Positions 10,098 through 17,236 of a stretch of DNA of 24,770 nucleotides are shown in pieces. Location of the stretch: the NCBI GenBank assembly GCA_036402715.1, contig DASWSI010000021.1:1-24770 (forward strand), in the 5' to 3' direction. How positions within the stretch are numbered: the stretch's first letter is position 1; each line of letters starts with the position of its first letter. The notes under the pieces were generated by a model. The model made no database searches and had not been told where the DNA came from. It was given only the letters and a program-made list of their open reading frames with translations. A program made the position numbers and the translations under genes. Source of the stretch: Candidatus Limnocylindrales bacterium. GTDB taxonomy: Bacteria > Chloroflexota > Limnocylindria > Limnocylindrales > CSP1-4.

Positions 10098-11059
10098 GCC
10101 CGCGACCGCGGATCGAGGGCGTCACGCAGGCCGTCGCCGATGAAGTTGACGGCGAGCACGGTCATGATGATCGCGAGTCCCGGGAAGAGCGGCCACCACC
10201 AGTTGCCCTGCGGGATGAACGTCAGCGCGTTCGACAGGATGTTGCCCCAGGTCGGGTAGATCGGGTTGACGCCGAAGCCGAGGAAGCTCACGAACGCCTC
10301 GCCGATGATGTTGCCGGCGACGATCAGCGACGCGGAGACGACGATCGGGCTGAAGGCGTTCGGCAGGATGTGCCGGAAGATGATCCGCCGGTCACGAACC
10401 CCGACGGCCTTCGCGGCCTCGACGAACTCGCGCTCGCGGATCGACAGGAACAGGCTCCGGACGAGCCGGGCGATCCCCATCCAGCTGAACACCCCGAAGA
10501 TGATGATGATCAGGATGACGTTGCCGTTGCCGAAGAACTGGCTCGCGACGAGGATGACGAACAGCAGCGGCAGGCTGAGCATCACGTCGACGATCCGCAT
10601 CAGCACGTTGTCGACGAAGCCGCCGACGTAGCCCGAGATCGAGCCGACGATCGTCCCGATGATGACGCCGATGGCCATGCTCGAGAACCCGATCAGCAGC
10701 GACGTCCGCGCGCCGTTGATGACGAGCTGCAGGACGTCGCGCTGGAGGCCGCCCGTCTCCCCGAACGGATGGGCGAGCGATGGCGGGCGGCCCGCCCCGA
10801 CGAGCTTGTCCGGCTTCGGGATCTCGTTGAAGACGAACGGCGACACGATCGGGCCGACGATCGCGACGACGACGAACACGAGCAGGATCCCGAGCCCGAT
10901 GAGCGCCAGGTGGTGCTTGCGGAACTTCCGCCACGCGAGCTGCCACTGGTTCAGCGACTCGAGCTGGACTTCGTAGTCGACGGGGCCCGCCTCGTCGGCG
11001 CGGCGTTCGACTTCCTGCGACGCGGGCTCTGTGGTCGCCGCGCGGAGCTGTTCGGTCAC
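10094..11059 (-). CDS. oppC: Oligopeptide ABC transporter permease (OppC), system 2
   Basis: [23 protein letters not shown]...[21 protein letters not shown], ending [14 protein letters not shown]; 321 aa. Confidence 0.92.
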   Translation of the reverse strand: MTEQLRAATTEPASQEVERRADEAGPVDYEVQLESLNQWQLAWRKFRKHHLALIGLGILLVFVVVAIVGPIVSPFVFNEIPKPDKLVGAGRPPSLAHPFGETGGLQRDVLQLVINGARTSLLIGFSSMAIGVIIGTIVGSISGYVGGFVDNVLMRIVDVMLSLPLLFVILVASQFFGNGNVILIIIIFGVFSWMGIARLVRSLFLSIREREFVEAAKAVGVRDRRIIFRHILPNAFSPIVVSASLIVAGNIIGEAFVSFLGFGVNPIYPTWGNILSNALTFIPQGNWWWPLFPGLAIIMTVLAVNFIGDGLRDALDPRSRA

Positions 11060-11066
11060 AAGCGCC

Positions 11067-12188
11067 TCAGTACTTGATTCGTGGATCGACGAGGGCGTAG
11101 GTGATGTCCGCGATGAGGTTCGCGAAGACGACGACGATCGAGGTCACGAGCAGGACGCCCATGAGGATCGGGTAGTCGAACTGCCGCGTCGCGTCGATCG
11201 TCAGCTTGCCGATCCCGGGCCACGAGAAGATCGTCTCGGTGACGATCGCGCCGGTGAACAGGAACGGGATCTCGAGCCCGATGTTCGTCAGGACCGGCAG
11301 CAGCGCATTGCGGAGCGCGTGCTTGAACGTCACGACTCGGCCGGGCAGGCCCTTGGCCTTGGCCGTCCGGACGTAGTCCTGGCTGAGCGCCTCGAGCATG
11401 CTCGCTCGAATGAAGCGGCTGTCGCCGGCGATGTTGACGACGACGAGCGTGAAGACGGGCAGGATCAGGTGCCGCCCGATGTCGATGATCGCCTCGATCG
11501 GGCGCGCTCCGAAGTACGTCCAGTACGCGTCGCTGCCGAATGGCGGCGAGAGCCGGGTCGTCGTCATGCCACTCGCCGGGAGGATGTTCAGGCCCGGCCC
11601 GCTGAAGATGAAGATGAGCATGATTCCGAGCCAGAACGTGGGCATCGCGTAGCCGACGTAGGCGAACACCGTGGCGGCCTGGTCGAACGCGGAATAGCGC
11701 CGCACCGCGGCGTAGACGCCGATGACCAGCGCGACCGCGATCCAGACGACGAACGCAATGCCGGCGAGGATGAGCGTTGGGAGCGCGGCTCTCGTGATCC
11801 GGCCCGCGACGGGCTCACCGCTGTCGATCGAGACGCCGAAGTCGCCGTGCACGACGCCGTTCGTGCCGCCGCCGAGCGCGGACGGCAGGAACTGCGGGAC
11901 GCCGTGGCTGCTGATGAAGGCGCCGGGCGTCGGGAAGATGCCGAGGATCTTGTCGTCGACGTCGGGGTTGCACGCGCCGAGCCAGCGGCAGTACTGGACG
12001 GGGATCGGCTGGTCGAGGCCCCACGCCTTCTTGAACTGCTCGCGGTCCTCGAGCGTGACCCGGGGGTTGTTGGCGAACTTCGCCGTTGGCCCGCCCGGCG
12101 CGGCGAGGAGGATCGCGTAGACGACGATCGTGATCCCGAAGAGCACCGGGATCGATTGCGCAACCCGGCGGATCACGTACTTCGTCAC
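11067..12188 (-). CDS. oppB: Oligopeptide ABC transporter permease (OppB), system 2
   Basis: KYVIRRV, APGGP, WGLDQPIPVQY, HGDFGVS, QDYVRTAKAKGL, ending LVDPRIKY; 373 aa with an enlarged extracytoplasmic loop. Confidence 0.92.
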   Translation of the reverse strand: MTKYVIRRVAQSIPVLFGITIVVYAILLAAPGGPTAKFANNPRVTLEDREQFKKAWGLDQPIPVQYCRWLGACNPDVDDKILGIFPTPGAFISSHGVPQFLPSALGGGTNGVVHGDFGVSIDSGEPVAGRITRAALPTLILAGIAFVVWIAVALVIGVYAAVRRYSAFDQAATVFAYVGYAMPTFWLGIMLIFIFSGPGLNILPASGMTTTRLSPPFGSDAYWTYFGARPIEAIIDIGRHLILPVFTLVVVNIAGDSRFIRASMLEALSQDYVRTAKAKGLPGRVVTFKHALRNALLPVLTNIGLEIPFLFTGAIVTETIFSWPGIGKLTIDATRQFDYPILMGVLLVTSIVVVFANLIADITYALVDPRIKY

Positions 12189-12258
12189 GGTCGCACCGCC
12201 TCTGTCATGTCGTCAGGCCAGTCCGTGGCTCGTGGCTCCGATTGACGGTAGCGGAAGA

Positions 12259-12291
12259 CCGCTCGGGGCGCCGCGCTGGCGCCCCGAGCGG
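12259..12291 (-). terminator. Perfect 14-bp hairpin after oppA (partial terminator or stabilising hairpin)
   Basis: CCGCTCGGGGCGCC-N5-GGCGCCCCGAGCGG, 14 perfect pairs. Only a weak U-tract (UCUU) follows on the minus strand. Confidence 0.6.
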
Positions 12292-12337
12292 TAGTTCGGT
12301 CGAGCGTCACCCGGCCGAGATATGTCGCGTTGCGAGC

Positions 12338-14176
12338 CTACTGGTTGATGTACCAGTCGGCGACGTTCCAGGTGGGACCCGCGGAGGTGGGGTTGCCCGT
12401 GAAGTTGCCGACCTTCGGCGAGACCAGGTTGACTTCCTTGCGGAAGTACAGCGGGATCTCGATCGTCTTGTCGACGTAGACCTTCTGCCAGTCAGCCATG
12501 AGGGTCTTGATCTGGGCGAAGTCGACGGTGCCCTTGACGCCGGAGAGGATCCGGTCGACATCGGCGTCCTTGACTGCGCCGTCGTTGCCACCCTTCGGCT
12601 CGAACTGGCTCGAGTGATAGGTGGAGTAGTTCGAGTTCGGGTCGAGCGGCACGGAGAACGCGTGCTCCGCGACGTCGTAGTGGTACTTCGACAGCGCGCA
12701 CGGCGTGTCTGCCGTCGCCTCGTTGTACGAGGCGAAGATGTTCGTCGGGCTGACCGCGTTGACCGTCGAGTCGATCCCGACGTTCTTCAGGTACGAGGAG
12801 ATGAGCGCGAGCGTGTCCTGGCGAACCTGACGGGTCGTCGTGCACAGCTCGATCTTCGCCTTGAGCCCGTTCTTCGCGCGGATGCCGTCGGCGCCCGCAA
12901 CCCAGCCGGCCGCGTCGAGGACGGACTTCGCCTTCGCAGGATCGAAGTTGTACGTCGGCGGGTCGCTGTAGAACCACGCATTCGGCGAGACGTTGGTGAA
13001 GCCGAGCGCGGCGGCGCCACCGAGGAGCCGGGTGTTGATCTCGTCCTTGTTGACCGCCCAGCGGATCGCCTCGCGAATGGCGGGATCGGAGACCGGGCAG
13101 CCCGTTCCGCGATCCTTGATGCTCGTCGAGCAGGTGCTGGGATTCCAGTTCGGGCGGAGGAACTCGTAGGTCAGGCCGTTGAGCTGGCTGACCTGCGACC
13201 CGAGGTCGACGACCTTCGGGAGGTCCGCGTCGTTGAGGTCCGTGCCGATGTCGAAGTCGCCGCTCTTGTAGCCGGCGATCATCGCGTCCGCGTCGCCGTA
13301 CCACTTGAAGATGAGCGAGTCGAGGTTGGCCGGCTTGCCGTCAAGCGGGTTCTGGTAGCTGTCGTTGCGGACGAGGCGGATCTCCGTGCCCGGCGTGACC
13401 GACTCGTACTTGAACGGGCCGGAGACCGGCACCTTCGCCATGTCAGCAGCGGTGAGGCCCTTGTGGGCGACGTGCTGGGCGATCGTGAACTGGCTCATGT
13501 AGTGCTTCGGAAGCGGCGGGGAATACATCGTGATGTATCCCTCGTAGATCTTCCCGAAGTGGAGGACGATGTCCGTCGGGGACTTGCACTCGAAGTTCTT
13601 GACGTCCTCGTAGCCGGACGTTCCGCCGTAGAGGCCCGTGTTCTTCGGGTCCATGATCCAGTCCTGCGTGTACTTGAAGTCATCGCAGGTGAGGGCCTGG
13701 CCGTCCGACCACTTGAGGCCGTCACGGAGCTTCCAGGTCACGGTCATGGCGTCGCCGCCGTCGCCCGGAACCTTGACCCCGCCGTTGTCCTTGGTCGGGA
13801 TCTGGGTCGCGAGATCCGGCATGTACTTGAAGTCGTTCGTCACGTTGACGAGGCCGGCCTGCGTCGCCGAGCTCAGGTTCGCTTCGGTGACCTGGGCCTG
13901 GTAGTAGTAGTTGAACTCGGTCGCTTCCTGCCAGTCGGCGAAGATGATCGAGCCGCCCGTCTTGGCCGGCGTCCGCTGGTCCTTGTACTTCGTGCCGAAC
14001 AGGTCCGGCGTGCCGTTGTTGGCCGCCGCCGAGCCCGATGGCGCGACGCTGCCCGAGGCCGCCGGCGAGGTCGCGCTCGATGGCGCTGCGCTGCTTGGCG
14101 ACGGGCTCGTCGCCCCCTGGCATGCCGCGAACGCGATGGCCGCGCTCCCGAACAAACCAACTAGCTGTTTCCGCAT
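12338..14176 (-). CDS. oppA: Peptide ABC transporter substrate-binding lipoprotein (SBP family 5, OppA-like), system 2
   Basis: ATG at 14176 preceded by GGAGGA. MRKQLVGLFGSAAIAFAAC lipobox, PDLATQIPTKDNGGV...VTWKLRDGLKWSDGQALT, SGPFKY, IREAIRWAVNKDEI, ending PTWNVADWY; 612 aa. Confidence 0.92.
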   Translation of the reverse strand: MRKQLVGLFGSAAIAFAACQGATSPSPSSAAPSSATSPAASGSVAPSGSAAANNGTPDLFGTKYKDQRTPAKTGGSIIFADWQEATEFNYYYQAQVTEANLSSATQAGLVNVTNDFKYMPDLATQIPTKDNGGVKVPGDGGDAMTVTWKLRDGLKWSDGQALTCDDFKYTQDWIMDPKNTGLYGGTSGYEDVKNFECKSPTDIVLHFGKIYEGYITMYSPPLPKHYMSQFTIAQHVAHKGLTAADMAKVPVSGPFKYESVTPGTEIRLVRNDSYQNPLDGKPANLDSLIFKWYGDADAMIAGYKSGDFDIGTDLNDADLPKVVDLGSQVSQLNGLTYEFLRPNWNPSTCSTSIKDRGTGCPVSDPAIREAIRWAVNKDEINTRLLGGAAALGFTNVSPNAWFYSDPPTYNFDPAKAKSVLDAAGWVAGADGIRAKNGLKAKIELCTTTRQVRQDTLALISSYLKNVGIDSTVNAVSPTNIFASYNEATADTPCALSKYHYDVAEHAFSVPLDPNSNYSTYHSSQFEPKGGNDGAVKDADVDRILSGVKGTVDFAQIKTLMADWQKVYVDKTIEIPLYFRKEVNLVSPKVGNFTGNPTSAGPTWNVADWYINQ

Positions 14177-14351
14177 GAACAGTCCTCCCACAGAAGTGTG
14201 TCTCCCCACACGTCGGTCGTTGCAGGTCGCCGGGATGTCGCTCTCGTCGCCGCTCTGCAGGTTCCGACTCACGCGGATTCCGCGGTGGGAGGGGGTTCGG
14301 CAGAAGGGCAGAGTCGAGCGCACGCGAGCTATCGGCTCCTGCGCTGGCGCA

Positions 14352-14380
14352 AATATGGGCACGGGGCCCAATGGTGTCAA
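14352..14380 (-). promoter_or_regulatory. Putative sigma70/sigmaA promoter of the opp operon
   Basis: Minus strand TTGACA (14380-14375, perfect -35), 17-nt spacer, CATATT (14357-14352, 4/6 -10). The -35 overlaps the TGA stop of the anti-sigma gene. Confidence 0.7.
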
Positions 14381-14949
14381 ATAGGCGTCGGCGGTCGTCC
14401 GGGGGACGATGCCGCGGCCACCTCCTTCCGTCCGGGTCGTGGTTGATCGGGGAAGTAGATGGGCAGGCTGCCGTCCGAGGAGACGTCCTCCGCGGCGGTC
14501 TCATGAGCGCCGGCCCGGGTGGTGGCGATGTAGCGCGCCTCGACCCGCGCCGCGGCGCGGGTCTGCGGACCGGGGGCGGCCGGCGCGATCTCCGCGATCG
14601 ACGGCCGCCCGATCGAGCCGGGCGCGATGAGGACGAGGACGAGCATGCTGCTCGTGGCGAGCCCGCCGAGTGTCAGGCGCCATCGCCACGGGTCGATCCC
14701 GCGAGCCTGGATTCGCGCCTTCAGGCGGACCCACCCGTCGGCGGCCGGCTCCGCGGACTCGATGTCGAGGCGGAGCTGCCGCAGCGCCGCGATCGCCAGC
14801 GCGAACTCCGTCACCTGGGCTTCGCAGTCGCGGCAGCGATCGAGGTGGCGCAGCGCAGCCGCGGAGCGCGCCCCTGCCCGGCGACCGTCGGCGAAGTCGA
14901 TGAGCGCGGTGCGGTGCGCCTCGCATGGGCGCCGAAACGGCGCGATCAC
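14377..14949 (-). CDS. Putative zinc-binding (ZAS, zf-HC2) membrane-anchored anti-sigma factor
   Basis: GTG overlaps the sigma gene TGA (GTGA). C-EAHRTALIDFADG...HLDRCRDC (H-x3-C-x2-C), then AEPAADGWVRLKARI, a TM-like segment LTLGGLATSSMLVLVLIAPG and a low-complexity tail; 190 aa. Confidence 0.8.
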   Translation of the reverse strand: MIAPFRRPCEAHRTALIDFADGRRAGARSAAALRHLDRCRDCEAQVTEFALAIAALRQLRLDIESAEPAADGWVRLKARIQARGIDPWRWRLTLGGLATSSMLVLVLIAPGSIGRPSIAEIAPAAPGPQTRAAARVEARYIATTRAGAHETAAEDVSSDGSLPIYFPDQPRPGRKEVAAASSPGRPPTPI

Positions 14950-15614
14950 GCGGAGTCCCGCTCGAGGTCCGCGGCGCTGGGCAGCCGGCCGTAGCCGCTC
15001 TCGAACCGCCGGTCGCGCTCGAGGTGCGAGCGAAGGCTCCGGAGGGCGTAGTGGAGCCGCGACTTCACCGTCCCGAGCCGCACGTCGAGGAACGAGGCCG
15101 TCTCCTGGAGTGACAGGCCCTGGAGGTAGTAGAGGACGACGACGCTCTGGTGCTTCGGCGGCAGGGCGGCGATCCCCTCGCGGACGATCGCCCGAAGCTC
15201 CTGGCGCTCCGCGCGTTCGGCGGGCTCGACGGCGCCGTCGCGAAGCAGCGCGGCCGTGGCCTCGACGATCGGTTCGGCCTTGAGCCGCCGCCGATCGAGG
15301 CGCGAGTAGCAGAGGTTCAGCGCCACACGGTGGAGCCACGGCACCGGCGACAGCTCGGGCAGGAGGGTGGCGCGGTGCCGGTAGGCGCGGGCAAACGTGT
15401 CCTGCAACACCTCTTCGGCCGCCTGACGATCGCCGGTCAGGCCGTAGGCCGTCCGATAGATGAGGGTTCGGTGTCGAAGGAAGAACGTTTCGAAGGCGTC
15501 GAGGTCGTCTGCCTGCATCCGGATGATGAGCTCGGCGTCCGAGCTGCGGCCGGGTTCCGCCGCTTCAGGCGAGAGGTCTTCGTTCGTCGTCGGCTCTCCG
15601 GTGTGCGGTGGCAC
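14946..15614 (-). CDS. ECF-family RNA polymerase sigma factor (sigma70 group 4)
   Basis: Region 2: DLDAFETFFLRHRTLIYRTAYGLTGDRQAAEEVLQDTF...WLHRVALN. Region 4: LPPKHQSVVVLYYLQGLSLQETASFLDVRLGTVKSRLHYA. Start uncertain: GTG 15614 is preferred because the preceding 17 codons are atypically A/T-ending; GTG 15665 is the alternative. Confidence 0.92.
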   Translation of the reverse strand: MPPHTGEPTTNEDLSPEAAEPGRSSDAELIIRMQADDLDAFETFFLRHRTLIYRTAYGLTGDRQAAEEVLQDTFARAYRHRATLLPELSPVPWLHRVALNLCYSRLDRRRLKAEPIVEATAALLRDGAVEPAERAERQELRAIVREGIAALPPKHQSVVVLYYLQGLSLQETASFLDVRLGTVKSRLHYALRSLRSHLERDRRFESGYGRLPSAADLERDSA

Positions 15615-15638
15615 TCGCGTCGTCTCTTGATCTGACAA

Positions 15639-15664
15639 TACGCGGCATTTCGCTCGGAAGTTCA
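15639..15664 (-). promoter_or_regulatory. Putative autoregulatory ECF promoter
   Basis: Minus strand TGAACT-N16-CGTA, close to the SigW-type consensus TGAAAC-N16-CGTA, directly upstream of the ECF gene. Confidence 0.5.
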
Positions 15665-15736
15665 CGACGGCACGTTACGGATCCATTGCACGGGGCCGGC
15701 CTGCACCGCCCGCGGTCGCCGCGTCGCAGCGCGCGA

Positions 15737-17236
15737 TCAGTCCGGACAGGGCATCTGGCGGCCGGTCATCGGCCGCCACCGGAGGTTCGGCTGACGGGCC
15801 GCGGTCGCCTCGTCGAGGCGCCGGACGGGAGCGGTATGCGGGGCGCCCGTGACGAGCCCGGGATCCGTCTCGGCCTCGGCGGCGATCGCGATCAGCGCAT
15901 CGGCGAACGCGTCGAGCGTCTCCACGGACTCGGTCTCGGTCGGCTCGATGAGCATCCCCTCCTCGACGATGAGCGGGAAATAGATCGTCGGGGGGTGAAA
16001 GCCGTAGTCGATGAGCCGCTTCGCGATGTCCAGCGTCCGAACGCCGGTCCGCTTCTTCATCCCCGCCGCCGACGCGACGAACTCGTGCTTGCAGGCGCGG
16101 TCGTACGGGATCTCGTACGCCTCCCCGACACGTCGCTTGAGGTAGTTCGCCGCCAGCACCGCGTCCTCGCTGACCTGCTCGAGGCCCGATCCGCCGTGGG
16201 CGCAGATATAGGCATACGCGCGGACGAGGACGCCGGTGTTGCCGACGAAGCTCCGCATCCGCCCGATCGACTCCGGCCGCTCGCCCGGCCGCTCGAGGCG
16301 GAAGGTGCCGTCCCCTTCGCGGAGGACACGCGGCGACGGCAGGAACGGAAGCAGCTTCTCCCCCACCCCGACCGGGCCCGCGCCGGGGCCGCCACCGCCG
16401 TGCGGCGTCGAGAAGGTCTTGTGGACGTTGAAGTGCATGACGTCGAAGCCGGCCTCGCCGGGCTTGAAGCGGCCCATGATCGCGTTGAGGTTGGCGCCGT
16501 CCATGTACGCGAGGGCCCCGGCCTCATGCACGGCGTCGAGCAGCTCGCCGATCCGCTTCTCGAAGAGGCCGAGCGTCGACGGGTTCGTGATCATCACGGC
16601 CGCAGTCCGCGGCCCGAGAGCCGCCCGGAAGGCATCGACGTCGACGCCGCCATCCGCAGCCGACGGGATCGTCACCGTTCGGAACCCTGCCATCGTCGCC
16701 GTGGCCGGATTCGTGCCGTGCGACGAGTCCGGCACGAGGACGTCCAGCCGTTCCGTGTCGCCGCGGCTGCGGTGGTATGCCCGGATCATCAGGATGCCCG
16801 TCAGCTCGCCCTGGGCGCCCGCGGCGGGCTGGAGCGTGACGGCCTGCATCCCGCCGATCTCGGCGAGGGCCTGCTCGAGGCGCCACAGGAGCTCCAGCGT
16901 CCCCTGGGCGACCTCGTCCGGCGACAGCGGATGGAGCGATGCGAAGCCCGGCAGGCGGGCGGCCCATTCGTTGAGCTTCGGGTTGAACTTCATCGTGCAC
17001 GAGCCGAGCGGGTAGAACCCGGTGTCGATCGCGAAGTTCAGCTGCGACAGGTTGACGTAGTGGCGGACGACCTCCGGCTCGTTCAGCTCCGGGAGGGCCG
17101 GGGGGGTCGCACGCCGCGCCGATGCGGGGATCCGATCGAGCGCGTCCGCCGGCGGGTGCGGGATCTTGCCCTCGCCGCGCCCGGGTCGCGACCGCTCGAA
17201 GAGGGTCGGCTGCAGCTTCTCCCCGACGACGCCCAT
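15737..17236 (-). CDS. gcvPB: Glycine dehydrogenase (decarboxylating) subunit 2, P-protein beta
   Basis: FYPLGSCTMKFNPKLNE, QPAAGAQGELTG, SSHGTNPATA, YMDGANLNA, HFNVHKTFSTPHGGGGPG (PLP lysine), PPTIYFPL, EPTETES; 499 aa. Confidence 0.97.
   Translation of the reverse strand: MGVVGEKLQPTLFERSRPGRGEGKIPHPPADALDRIPASARRATPPALPELNEPEVVRHYVNLSQLNFAIDTGFYPLGSCTMKFNPKLNEWAARLPGFASLHPLSPDEVAQGTLELLWRLEQALAEIGGMQAVTLQPAAGAQGELTGILMIRAYHRSRGDTERLDVLVPDSSHGTNPATATMAGFRTVTIPSAADGGVDVDAFRAALGPRTAAVMITNPSTLGLFEKRIGELLDAVHEAGALAYMDGANLNAIMGRFKPGEAGFDVMHFNVHKTFSTPHGGGGPGAGPVGVGEKLLPFLPSPRVLREGDGTFRLERPGERPESIGRMRSFVGNTGVLVRAYAYICAHGGSGLEQVSEDAVLAANYLKRRVGEAYEIPYDRACKHEFVASAAGMKKRTGVRTLDIAKRLIDYGFHPPTIYFPLIVEEGMLIEPTETESVETLDAFADALIAIAAEAETDPGLVTGAPHTAPVRRLDEATAARQPNLRWRPMTGRQMPCPD

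Noticed and set aside
14205-14255. Five CGAC tetramers in the oppA leader as a possible repeat array
   Set aside because: CGAC/GTCG is extremely common throughout this window and the spacing is irregular.
14285-14305. CCGAACCC resemblance to the c-di-AMP (ydaO) riboswitch in the oppA leader
   Set aside because: The expected GTCAGCTAAC continuation and the 5' GCTGAATC and GGGGAACC elements are absent, so the match is only 8 nt.
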